This document shows positions 26,295 through 39,300 of a stretch of DNA of 64,000 nt, in pieces (within the stretch, counting starts at the first letter, position 1; every line of letters begins with the position of its first letter). Position numbers and translations under genes: made by a program. Location of the stretch: the NCBI GenBank assembly GCA_043228905.1, contig JBHGNT010000013.1:11284001-11348000 (forward strand), given 5' to 3'. The notes under the pieces are model-generated. The model did no database searches. It was not told where the DNA came from and saw nothing but the letters and a program-made list of their open reading frames with translations. The stretch is from Azolla caroliniana (taxonomy: Eukaryota > Plantae > Polypodiophyta).

Positions 26295-28088
26295 AATAAT
26301 TTAGCAAATTTTTAAGTAGATTAAATGTCTCGTTATGCATCATTAGTCACTAAGGTAACATTTGTGACATCCCCACATTCCTTCGATTCTTTTCAAATCC
26401 TTCCTTGCTCCTGCTTGTTGCCATCATTCTTGTTTGTATCCGCCATCATTCCTTCATGCCTCTACACATGGTATTGTCACCATTGCTCCTGACTGCCTCT
26501 ACAAATAGTATTACCACCATCGCTCCTATGTCTTTGCACATGGTATCACCTCCATTGCTCCTTCATACATGCCTTTGCACACAGTATTGACATCAATATT
26601 GGTCCTTCCCCTTATCTTTCTTCCTTTCTTCCTTTATTTCATTGTTCTTCTTTCCCTTATTTTCTTGTTGTTTGTGTGTTTTCCTCTTTGGCGATATTCC
26701 CATCATCACTGCTTCCTTGCTCCTCCTTGTATTACCTATTTGTTCACTCAAGTAGTGTTTCTACCCTTTACAATTCCTTTTCTATCATCACTTGCTTCTC
26801 ACCATCATTGTTCATTGTTGTTATGTGTTTGATGTTTTATAGATCACGCATGCTCAATAGTCCTCTAGTTTGGTGTCCCTCATTATCCTGCATCACATAA
26901 TGATTGTCCCTCCCAATATTTGAAGTCTAATTATTCCTTGATCCTCCATGTCGTCATCCCTTAATCACACATATAACATTCATTATTTTCCCACTTTTTT
27001 GTCTCAATCTTCTTTTTAATCAATGTAAAGTGATCATGAGTGTTTATCAATCATCTTCATGAATCCTAAAGAAAGGGGCATGGCTATTAATAGACAAAAG
27101 GTTTAAGAAAATATCAGGAAGAAAAAGAAGAAACCATCGAGAAATATTAAAAGGTAATCTAGACACCTCAATTAAAGATATTGGAAGTAGAGGTCGTGTT
27201 GTAGATGTGAACAACATCAATGTAAATGGAAGAAACAAAACTAAAATTACAGTGAAAAAGGTCGTGGAGTATTTGAATAGTCCGACCAAGCACATCAATA
27301 ATACTTAATGGAATGTTAAGTGATCCTTCTATAAAAGCTATAATTGATATTGACGATCTAAATGGAAATGTAACAAATGTGCTAGTTAATAATCTAAGAA
27401 ACCCCTATTGGAATCTTCAAAAGATATAGTCTAAATATGATACTAAATAGTGTATTGATCAACTTAATATTATCATTATCTAAGATTATAGGTGCGAGTA
27501 GAAAAAGCATCTACAATACAAAGAACCACTTAAGTTACAAAGATGAAGTAATCTACTAAAGCTAAAAACAAGATAAACACCCATAATGCCCATAAAATCA
27601 GAAATCAAGGATATAATGAGTTTAGGGTATGATCATCAAACAAGAAGAATTTGTGTAGGAAACATTGTTGCGTAAAAGGACGCCCTTGTGCTATTAGAAC
27701 AGGATTATGGGGGACCAAGGAGGACGTGATGTTCTAGGAGAGGTATCTAAAGCCTTCATGAAACCCTTCATGGGATTACTCTTGTATAATCCCTCAAATC
27801 TAATTCCAACGAGTGCTAAGGGAATTTTGGAGCGCGCGAGGAATCTTTTTAAGGAATGGTCCCCTTCATGGAATCTTTTGGGCACTCGGTCTTTCGGAAT
27901 ATTCCCCCTTTGTAGAATCCTATGATTGCCTTAAGGAATGAGCCAATGCTCGAGCAATGTATGGGCACTCATTCTGGTCATAAATATTTTACCTCCAAAT
28001 ATGATAATAAAATCTATATATTTATCAATTTGTCTATCTTTTCTCCTTTCCAAATTTCTACAATTTTAAGCATGGGTGACTTCTACCT

Positions 28089-28276
28089 TAGATTTGATGG
28101 TACTCTTTAGCTCTAATAATTATACGCACAATATCAAAGACTACTCAATGAACATTTGGGGTGAGTATTGGTAGAGCATTTCTAGATTTGATGGTACTCT
28201 TTAGCTCTAATAATTATACGCACAATATCAAAGACTACTCAATGAACATTTGGGGTGAGTATTGGTAGAGCATTTC
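28089..28276. repeat. Tandem duplication, 2 x 94 bp
   Basis: TAGATTTGATGG...GAGCATTTC repeated head to tail. Confidence 0.95.
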
Positions 28277-29448
28277 TTGAATACCACATCCATGGGATGT
28301 AGTTAGGGATGGTCATCTACATTACAAGTGCAAAGTTAAGCCACTTGATTTTGTTGTGGATGGAAACATGACATGAAACCCAAAAGTAGATCGAAGGGGG
28401 TGTTGTTGTGAGCTCGTTACCTTGTAGAACTAGCCAAGTGTCATTAGGAGTGTTCAATAGATTTACTATGATGGGAATTTGGAGGTGCTCTACCATGTGG
28501 TTGCTCTCTATCATTTCCACAATTGAGGTTTTCTTGATGTTGTTAATGGTCATGTATGAACACATTCTTTGCAATAACACATTCTTCGCAATAAACTTTT
28601 GTGCACATGGTTGGGTTTGTTGCGACATTTCCTTTTGAGCAACCTAAGGGTTAATCATTTTTGTTTGTTTTTGGGTGCGTACATGCAACACCTCAGTAGT
28701 AGCAGGCCGAATTAAATTAGTGGTTATGCCTTTTGCCTTCACATAAAAATAAAAATCATCAAGTTTGGGAGTGTGGGCGGATTGGGTTGATCCTTTCTAG
28801 TGGCTGGGTTGTAATGGGTTGCAAGTGTTGTTGAGTACAAGCTTTTTTGTAGTGGGGGAAGAGGTGCAAAGGATAGTGATTTGGAGTATTGGTCGTGCCA
28901 ACCATGCTAGTATGCGTTTGGGTTGACAATCATGGAAGTGGTCATTAATGTAATTAGGATTGTTAGCTAGCCTTAGAAGGTTGTATAATGTGAAGTTATA
29001 CAATTAATTTGATAAATTCAATGGACCACAAGGTTGAGTCCAAGTGCCAACATATTGGGTTTTTATGCTAAGTTGGTAATGCAATTCTAAGTGAGTGGTA
29101 CACGTTGCTTGGCACTTTTCACGTTGGCAACAAGGTGAGTCTCAAATTCATATAAAAGTGGTTGATCACTTTATCGCCACAAGTTCATGTCCATCAAAGA
29201 AATTATATGCATGATGTGAACTTCTTTGCATACAATTATGATTTGATGCGCACGGCATTAGGATCATTAGGATCGGTTCGTTTTCTTTCACATTGAGCAA
29301 TGATAAACGTTATGACGCATGGCATTGGATTTCACATATACCAATCTACCTTGTGGAATACTAGCCACCACATCTAACAGTATGAATCTGATGAAGTTCG
29401 ACAAGCGGTGGTGTAAATGCAGGGATGTGACCTGGTGGGATACCGAGA

Positions 29449-29847
29449 CCACGTGGAAATTAGATCAGAAAGGGTGGGACGCAAATATTGCCTTCGTCAG
29501 CCAGGTGATGCGGCCACCACCACAGGATCAAGACATCGTAAACCTCAACCTCAGGACTAGTTATTGCATGCCTCCTTGCTTGCCATTTGGGAGGGAGGGC
29601 TAGAAAAGAAAGAGAAGAGGATCAAAAAAGCAAACGCAAGATTGCGTTTGCGTTTGCGTTTGCGTTTGCGTTTGAGACCGGCCAAAACAGAAGAGAGAAA
29701 CAAAGGAAGTAAAGAAAATGCAGAAACGCTAGCGAAGAAGGTAGCCTCTGCTGTTTTTTGCGTTTGGACTCAGAAGAGCGTGAGGCCGCGGATACACGCG
29801 GATACAAAACGCAGCAGAGCCTCTGCCTCTGGGACTTCGCTATAAAA
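29449..29847 (+). promoter_or_regulatory. Promoter of the small-peptide gene: G-box, CGCG boxes, TATA
   Basis: CCACGTGG at 29449-29456; (TTGCGT)n at ~29642-29673; CCGCGG and ACGCGG at ~29786-29801; TATAAAA at 29841, 85 nt before the ATG. Confidence 0.6.
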
Positions 29848-29925
29848 GACACAGATATTCTCTGGCTCTTCCACAGATCGTGGCTTCTTGTTGTGATTAT
29901 ATATATCGCCATCATCGGAGCTAAG

Positions 29926-29944
29926 ATGAGGAGGAGTTTCGTAC

Positions 29945-29985
<41 letters not shown>

Positions 29986-30159
29986 CTCCTGCTATCCATT
30001 AATCCCAAGCTATCCATTAATTCTTATGATTGCAGTTACCATCCCTCTCTTCTTCTGCATGCGGAAGCGGCACGGCCCCTTAATCCTAACAATACACATT
30101 TCGCCTCTCCACCAATCGCCACTGTTCACATAGATTATATATGCGCTGATGAGTGCTAA
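29926..30159 (+). CDS. Candidate small secreted peptide precursor (77 aa), phytosulfokine-like DY motif, C-terminus HIDYICADEC
   Basis: aagATG start downstream of TATA; basic n-region MRR plus hydrophobic FVL-M13-LLL; AEA-ARPL; H-x-D-Y-I near the stop; AT-rich 3' flank. Confidence 0.65.
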
Positions 30160-30849
30160 TTATGGTGATTATTGGTATTACTTCTGTACCCCTCCATTAA
30201 AGTTTTTGGTAGTGAGTTCTGTATTAGGGTATCCAGAGCCTAGTTCTTGTAATGAAAATGGTTCCTGAACAGTAAATTAGCGATGTAATTCATGTGATCT
30301 TATATTCTGCATAAGAATCATTGAGCTTTTATGCAAATCTTTTGTTTCTATTCTGTTTACTACTAGTATATTCTGCATATATTCCCGCAAATATGATTTG
30401 AAAATTTCCCAAAGTCTACAACAATATCAGGAATCTTTTATAATTTGAATAAGGTCCTGCGATTGTAAAATGAAACCGCTTGGATTTTGTGAGGTTCCCA
30501 ACCTCTTTATTGCGCTTGAATACAATCAATCGACGACGATAACATGCGATTAATCTAATCAGTGATTCGTAAGGAGCTTAAAATTGCGTTGATTCCTCTG
30601 TGGTGGATGGATGCTAGGTCGATCCATATGTCAGTGATGATGGCTGCCCTGAAATTCTTAAATAACATGCATAATTTGTAGCAGGCCATGTCCATTTAAA
30701 AGCTTCATCAAATGACTTGCAAATCATATGTCAGTGATGATGACATGTGGATGGGATCTTAATTGCCATGGAAGTTAGGGTTTTGCCTTGAATATTGAAA
30801 CTAATATATTAGAAGTTCTAATTTAGAACAGAAATTCGCTCAAATGTTG

Positions 30850-31900
30850 AGACCTAACTATTGGAACCAAAGGATCAATGGTTCAAGACTTAATAAAAGA
30901 AGTAGAGGCCACTATAATGCACAAATAATTAAGAAAGGAAAGTGTGGTCCCTACGGCCTTGCCTAAATTCCCAAGACCATGCACACATGCCCACGAATTC
31001 TCAACTCCCGACTCTAAGCGATAAATACCTACATGTGGTCATTGCAAAAAGAAAGGGTCATACAAATGAGCAATGTTGAAAGCTCCAACGAAAGGAGTTC
31101 GAATTAAAGGGCAAGACTCCTGGTGACCAACCGCAAAGGCCAGTTACTCAATATTCTTGAGGTTCCTACTCAACATCAAAGTAATTGTCCATGTTCTTTT
31201 CTACAACATGTACTAGGACCTAATGATTTGCTTCATGCCAATGGACTTATCAAAGGTCTTCAATATATTATTTATTTGATTTTGGTAGCTCACATAATTT
31301 CATCAATTATCATTTGGTTCAGATGTTGGGACTTTAGCCAAGCCTAAGTGATCGTACTTACCAAGTCCATCTAGCGGAGGAGTTCAATATGGAATGATTC
31401 ACCAATTGCCAATTCATATAGATGCCTATGTGGAAATTTTGGACTTTCATGTTATGAGTTCAATATGGAATGAGTCACCAATTGCCAATTCATATAGATG
31501 CCTATGTGGAAATTTTGGACTTTCATGTTATGAGTTCAATATGGAATGATTCACCAATTGCCAATTCATATAGATGCCTATGTGGAAATTTTGGACTTTC
31601 ATGTTATGTGTCCCGGATCCACTAATGTAATACTTGGTTATCCATGGGTTTTTTAATACTAATTCCACTTCATCCATTGATTGGGTCAACCATTCAATAT
31701 CATTTTCATTAAATAATTTTCAACATTGTAACATACATATAACCATACATTCATGAAGTCAATAATCAATGAGCACATGCTATTGTGATTAAGGTTAGCA
31801 AATCAATTCTAAAGGAAGGAGATTTAGGGTTTTCATACATAAGATGTCAATGAGCATCATCCCATTTGCAATGACAAAGATTTGTTGGGTACATCAAATA
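30850..31900 (+). mobile_element. Degenerate gypsy gag/protease remnant
   Basis: DFGSSHNF protease-like motif near 31278-31302 and VILGYPW near 31627. Confidence 0.6.
31380..31607. repeat. Tandem repeat, 3 x 76 bp
   Basis: GAGTTCAATATGGAATG...CTTTCATGTTAT at 31380, 31456 and 31532. Confidence 0.95.
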
Positions 31901-32504
31901 CACAATTATGTATTCACCAATATGTAGTTTAAATATATTTTAATATTTGGGTGATATAAGTTCAAACTTACAAGATTGCAACCATATGTATATATAAATA
32001 TATTTCTAATCATTTATGGAATTTTTATTCCTATTATCCAATTTCTCAAAAAATGTAGATGATCTCTCTCCACCCCCCCCCCCCCCCCCCCCCTCTCTCT
32101 CTCTCATGGAAACACACAATTATATTTATAAATGCGTGTTAACAATCACCAGTACATGGTTATGAGGCATGCTTTATTGTGAACAAGTATTATGTATCAT
32201 ACTAATGCAAAGGACGTGTCAAGGAAAACATAAAATTCCATTAGTGTCCTATACCACCAAACATTGCCTTATGTCATACCTTAGATGTTGAATAATGAAT
32301 CCAAAGAAGAGACCTTAGCCTAATCGATAGAGTCTTGACAACATCTCAAGATGTCATAATGAAGGGAGTAACAAGTCCCCTTTATATAGCCCAAAACCCA
32401 AAGTTCCCCAAACACTATGTGCATAGGTTGTTATGGGTTTGTCTCAATTCCTAGGATAAGAAGTTACATGTTTAGCTTATCCTTAACCTTGTAAGGTTCA
32501 TAAG

Positions 32505-32951
32505 TGTTAATAATTAGGTAATTAACTAAGGGTTAATTAGTGTCTAATTATGTAAGTAGTTGATCATTGTATGTGATTAAGCAACAGAAAATTATGTGAT
32601 GTGTGTGGAAAGAGAGAGAGGAAGTTACACTTATGAACAATAAGATAAATGGGGGATGATTAACATGAGTGTAGATAAAGAACTTTCTCTATATTAATAA
32701 GCATCAAGTTACAAAAATACCACAATGAGGATGCACATGTGTGAGGAGAATATAGGTACAAAGATATAAGTCCTATACTAAATGAACATGTGAGCGGAGG
32801 ATCTTGAATGTATCTCACTCAAGCACAGAATCCTATTTAAGGCCTTAAGGTCAACATTAAGGTCAACACACTAACTAGATTCTATCTAGGTAATTACTAA
32901 GTTACGTGGTTAACTAAATGGCTAAACTTAGTTGAGCTTGATATCTCAACA
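32505..32951. mobile_element. Solo LTR (family Y, copy 2)
   Basis: Same ends and body as 25825-26294; TSD ATAAG/GTAAG. Confidence 0.85.
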
Positions 32952-33076
32952 GTAAGGTTATGCCTACAACAATAGGCATGTAAGCATTCCACCAACAAAA
33001 GAATTTTGATTGCTGGATAAAGAAATTTGCCACATCAATGCTCATTTCAACTTTTTTAGGTATCATGATCTAACTA

Positions 33077-33176
33077 NNNNNNNNNNNNNNNNNNNNNNNN
33101 NNNNNNNNNNNNNNNNNNNNNNNNNNNNNNNNNNNNNNNNNNNNNNNNNNNNNNNNNNNNNNNNNNNNNNNNNNNN
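33077..33176. other. Assembly gap (100 N)
   Basis: Run of 100 N. Confidence 1.
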
Positions 33177-33359
33177 ACAACCTAATCCTGTTTGAGAACA
33201 TATTACTTAAGATAGGTATTGAATGCTGATATTCGTTTGGCATCGATTTGTATCAATACTGCGGGTATCTATTATATGTATCAATTTGAGCTAAACTTAT
33301 AATCCATATCAGTTTTTTTTGGGGGGGGGGGAGAGCGGAAAAAAAAATCCACAGAGAAA

Positions 33360-36300
33360 ATGGGGACCCACATGAATTCTGGACACCACAGTGCTAGTGC
33401 CATCTCTGTCTCGGCTCGATCATCCATCGACATCAATCCTGCCCATGAATCCTGCACAGACGGCACTACCCTGACGACCCAAAAATTTATACGAGCCTCC
33501 ATCTGTCTCAAACTCACTATATTCGTGGGATTGTTGGTAAAAATGTGTTATTTAAGAAAGCATTTTCACGTGATTTTTTGCTTTGCTACCATTGAGTAAA
33601 TATATGATTTGATATTAACCAGTCAGGTGATTGCTTGCAGGTAGTGCTGGCCTCAGGTATCCCCGCATTAGTTCTGTGGTTGAAAACACATGAGCAACTT
33701 GTAAATGAAATCGAACGTCGGCTTCTCACAGTTTCTACTCTGAGGCAAGAACAGCTCAAAGACTACTTAGATAGTGAGAGCGACAAGGCAGGATTGATTG
33801 CAAGCCGAGTTTTGATCAATAACTTATTAAGTCACAAGCCAGGAGCAAACAATAAGAATTTGGCCGAGTATGATTTGAACCTAGCCATCTCAGTAATATC
33901 GGATTTTATGTATGCGTCCATTTACGATGCGTATGGGAACTTGATTCTGTCAACAGGGGAGTCATTGGGCCTGAATATAAGGGAAACTATGAATGTTAGC
34001 TCGTTGATTAAACAATCAGATCATTTGAGGGTTGGCCATCCTCTACTAACTTCCAAAGGATGGATGTATAACATGTCCCATCCAATCTATCAGGTAAGCA
34101 TGAATAGCGAGCTCTTCAAATATCAAAGTGCAAACCTAGATGCTAGGTTTAGGTAGATCATCCTTGTGTTAGCCAGGGTACTACATTGGGATGTTCAACC
34201 TCACCTGTAGAAGCTCTACAAAATGCTATGTTCTAACATGCAATATGGGGGAATCATAGCGAGACAGAGTTTGAGGGATAATGAAAACTTGAATTGGGAA
34301 TTAGATGGTCATGCATTGTTAAATTCAATCTTAATGTTGTCTGAATATTGTAGAATACAACACTTATTGGAGTGCTATTGACTTGGGTGAATGCATCGAA
34401 ATTGGGGGCATTAGTATATGACAGAACAGGGCTCCAGCAAACTGGTGAATTGCTAGTCGGCATCCCGCAAAACTCAAATATGGTCCATCTACTATTCCCT
34501 GCATTACAAAACATCAACGTTACTATGGTTAAACCTGATGGTGCAATGGCCCGAGCTATAGCTGGAGAATCAGGAGTATTGAGACAACGAGACTACAGTG
34601 GTGCAAGTACCATTGCTGCTTACACACCTGTCGAGTTCATGCACTGGGGTGTGTGAACTTGCTCTTTAGATTTCTTTTACTTCATTGTTTCATATAAGAT
34701 TGTAAGAAAGTATATTATATTTTAGTTCTTTCTTTCCAAACTTGTTTTACTGACTCTTGAGTATCATTTCCTCACTAGGGTTAGTGGCAAAGTTGGATGT
34801 TTACGAAGCATATGCACCAGTCCAAAGTGTTCGGATTGTCATCATTACGACAATAATTGTTCTCGTTGCCTTGGGGGTGATGGCATCATTAGTATTAGCA
34901 AAGGTGAGACCACATTGTTTTGCCCTCCCTGAAAACAGAAGTGCCATTATTGTTAGCCTTGTGTTTCATGTGGTTTTGGGCAAGTAGCAAGATATAGAAT
35001 AGAATCTAATATTATATATTGGGTGGCTTTACAGGTCTTCACTAATCCAATCATTGAGCTAGGAAGAGCAGCAGCATCACTTGGTGAAGGTCATATGAGG
35101 ACCCGGGCACGGAAAGGCACTTTCATCCTCCGTGATGAAATAGCTGACCTCATGGACACTTTCAATAGCATGGCCCATGAAATTGCAAGCAATCAAATCA
35201 TGTTGGAGCACAAGGTCAATCAATTAATATATTTGATACATCTTTTGTAATTATATTTTCTCAGATATCTAAGTAAAGTTAATTGAGAATTTTTATCGTG
35301 TTAATAAATATGTATATGTTGACATCCTTCTCTGAAGACCAGGTTGAAGAGAGAACATTGGACCTTGCCCGTGCTAACGATGGACTTGCGAAGGAAATTG
35401 AAGAGAGAAGGAGGATCGAAGCTGAGCTCCAGAAGGCCAAGGATACAGCCGATGATGCGAACCGATCGAAGTCGGAGTTCCTTGCAAATATGTCCCACGA
35501 GATTAGGACTCCCTTGAATGCCATAATTAACTTCACGGAGCTTTGCTTGGATACCCAGCTTACACCCGAGCAAAAGGAATACCTTGACTATGTAAAGTGT
35601 TGATCATGCATGGCCCTCAGTCTTCCAATTATTCTGTAGCAAATTAGTTTGACATTGTATATGTGTCTACATAATATGTATAAATTCGTAAATGTGTGGA
35701 TGTAGTTGTATTGTATGTGCATTTGCATACATGTATGTACACACGAACACACCCATATATATCATATGTATACATACACAGAAATATATACACATGCATG
35801 CAGATACATACGCATATATACACATGTATATTACTCGGGATTTGATGGTTGATGACAGGGACTTGAACTCCCTATTGATGGCAAAGGCAAAAGCTCTCTA
35901 ATTATGTATATGTGCTTGGTTCAGGTTTCCTTTGCATCACAACATTTGCTACGGCTCATTACAGACATCCTAGACTTTAGCAAGATTGAAGCTGGTAAAT
36001 TGCAGATGGAGGAGGTGCAGTTCTCATTGTATGATCAGCTGGAGCATGCTGTCTCAGTTCTTGCGGCACGTGCTTTACAAAGTGGCTTAGAACTATGTTG
36101 TTGCATTGCATCTGATGTTCCTGACCAGATAAAAGGGGATCCAGGAAGACTACTTCAAATATTTGTGAATTTGATTGGTAAGTTAACATTGACACTGCTT
36201 TATATATTTCTGGTATACATACATATAATTAATTACATATACAGTTTGCAGATGTCTGTGTGTGTAGAGATACATACGTACATACATATATACAAATATA

Positions 36301-39300
36301 GAACATAATTTTGTACCTACATACATGCATATATTTTTGCGAACATACATCCATACATGTTTATGTATGTGCATCAGAGGTGCATCAGAGGCTTCACCAT
36401 AAAAGTTGTTTATGAGCATACACATAGTCCTTCCATTCCAAGTATATATCTAGATCATAGCTATCCACATTGTGCCCAGCCATGTGGACATCCATTTACT
36501 GTTGGTTTACTCCAATATCAATTGATTCTGGGGGGGTGATGTATCCACATGACATAAGTTAAAAGATCAACACTTTGACAACAAATAGAACTTTGATTTT
36601 CAATTCTTCCCATCATGTGCATTTATTAATGTCTTTGCATACTTCTGTTATCATCCAAGGGAAATTAATTTCTTATTTATGTGGTAAGAGTAAGGCTTGT
36701 CAATATATCCTGCAGGTAATGCTATCAAGTTTACTGAGAAAGGTGAAGTGGTTGTATATGCATCTGTTGAAAACAGGAATGAGGATTCAGTTGAGCTGAA
36801 GTTTGGTGTCAAAGATACTGGTAACACTTCACTTGCATACCTTTATGAAAACAAGCATTGGTGTATTTTTCATCACCTCTTGCTATAGTGTTTTCCTACA
36901 CATCATTTTGTAGGCCTTGGTATCCCTCCTGAGAAACAATCATTGCTATTTAAAGCTTTCTCACAAGTAGACTCTTCTACACACAGGTTAGATACTCTGT
37001 TTTAAACAATCATTGTGATAAATTTCTCTGAAGTACATTCTTCGAGGCACAAGCTTTGAAAGTAATTTGCATTTTTTTTAAAAGTTTTCAGAAAAGCAAT
37101 ATCTCCGAAATTAGTATCCTTTTTTCCTTTACAACCGTCACATGATATTATTATCCGCTTGTATAGATTTATGCATTATTTCTTAATACGTTATATCTTA
37201 TAAAGTTCAATTGTCCCTGAAAATGTATTTGCGAAAAAGAGGCATTGCATCACATTTTCTGCTGCATAAAATGTTGTATTTTAATTAGTGTTCTTTGTCC
37301 ATTTGACATGCTATTCATAAAGAAATCCAACCTAAAAGGTTTACAACTTTCTGGAAAGATTATTATACTAAGGGAAATGAATCTGGTACAGACTTTATGG
37401 AGGAACAGGGTTAGGCTTAGTGATCTCGGCGAAACTTGCTTCAGCCATGAATGGAAGGATGTGGGTCGAAAGTGCTGGAATAAAAGGGCAAGGAAGCACT
37501 TTCTTGTTCAGAGCAAAATTTGGGACAGTAGAATCAAACCGCTGCCCACATGTTTATAGTTTCAAGGATGCAAAAGCACTTGTGGTGGATAACAGTGATA
37601 CGATTTGTCAAGTGCTAGTTGCGTTGCTTCAGGTTGTACTATCACTCCTTTTCTTTTTCTTATGGAAAATGACTTCTGTTTTCCTTTGTTCAGGATAGTG
37701 ACATCTTCTGTTGCTAGGTTTTAGACATTAATTCCCCACTTCCCTTATGTTTTCTTACAATCTGTAAACATATGAGGTTTGGCATAATAAGCCACCTATG
37801 TATCTACTGCCTCAGCCTGTTGAAATGCATGTCGTTAGGTCAACATACGCAATGCAGGCTCTTGAAATTGTTAAAACAGAAAAAGGTAGTCCTTCAAGGT
37901 AAATTTTTATCAATCTTTTGGTGCAGGGGTTCGAGATGATAGCAGACAGCGTGACAACTGTTGAAGCAGCACAAATCACTTTGACAGCGGCATCTCAATC
38001 AGGTGCAAAATACAACGTTGTGTTACTTGATATGCAGCTCGAAGGCACCCCTGCAGATGAGCTGGTTCATTTTCTTCGACAAGAGCCGCAATATGTTGTT
38101 CGATACACTTCATCTTCCGAAGCAGAGGTATCACAGTGATATAGTTAGATTGGTAATTAAGGCATAAATAGATGGGTACACTGTTTTGAGCCCATTTTTT
38201 CAGTAAAAAACTCAATGATTTTGTCAATATTCTATATTTAGTTTCTAGGCTTAGAAATATCAACTTACCGATATAAAATGGGATAGTTAACCACTTATTG
38301 GATGCTACTTTCTGACCAATCAAAACACTGTTATATATTTTGAGAGACAAACTATAATCAATTTGTTGAGCCCTCATTTAATGCAGAGGGAGGACGGAGA
38401 GAGTTCAACAAGTGCTCAATCATGTGGCATAGATTGTATCATAATGCTGACATCTGTCAATAACACCGATACAGCCAGGTGTCGTATATAACTTTATGAT
38501 CAAATTTTCATTTCCTTTTGGTGCCATATCAAGTTGTACTGTATACGCAGACATATATATTTAAATCTATTTTTCCTACTCTCTAATGTAAGGTGCAAGG
38601 AGCTTGGAATAGGTTGTCACATATCGAAGCCCATCAAGAGAGCCTTATTAGTGAGGTCTTTGCATGAAGTTCTAGGTATCAAAGACAAATATGATATGGA
38701 GGTATAATTATTCTCCTTGATTCAAGAATAATAAAACATTGCTCATGTGCTTTAAAGTTGCTCATGTGTAATAAATATTGTGATGCTCAATCTGTAGGGG
38801 AAAACGGTGAAAGCAGAAAATATCCCTAGTAAAAGCCTCTATATCTTAGTTGTTGAGGATAACCTTATAAATCAACGGGTAGCATCGATATTGTTGAGTA
38901 AGTGGGGGCATACATTTGTTATGGCCAAAGATGGAGAAGAAGCTGTTGAACAGTGGATGAAGGAAGATTTTGACATTGTTTTGATGGATGTAAGCGAGAC
39001 CATATTACTGAAATAACCCATTAAAGTTTTCAATTTGTTTTATTGTTGGTTCATTTGGTTTAACATTTTTCTACATTCTATAATCATGAGTTTCTCTAAA
39101 AGGACAACCGGATAAGCGTTGTAGGTTCTAATGCCAGTTTGTGATGGATTCCAAGCAACACAGAAGATTCGAGAGTTGGAGAAGAAATTGAATAGACCTA
39201 AGCACACTCCAATTGTTGCTATGACTGCTCATGCAATGTCCGGAGATGGAGATCGTTGTATTGCATCAGGCATGGATTTCTATATTAGCAAGCCTTTAAA

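Noticed and set aside
27767-27926. Possible 160-bp MITE with TCATGGGATT/AATCCTATGA ends
   Set aside because: No TSD found and no second copy in the window
29758-29925. N-terminal extension of the 133-aa ORF
   Set aside because: It opens at TTG and spans the TATA box; the ATG at 29926 is the plausible start
30620-30745. Repeated CATATGTCAGTGATGATG resembling a snoRNA C box
   Set aside because: No properly spaced D box or terminal stem; just an 18-bp duplication
31380-31607. CRISPR-like repeats (also 28089-28276)
   Set aside because: Head-to-tail tandem copies without spacers, in eukaryotic TE DNA
25825-32951. A single LTR retroelement that captured the peptide gene
   Set aside because: Each LTR has its own TSD, the outer flanks do not match, and no PBS or PPT was seen inside
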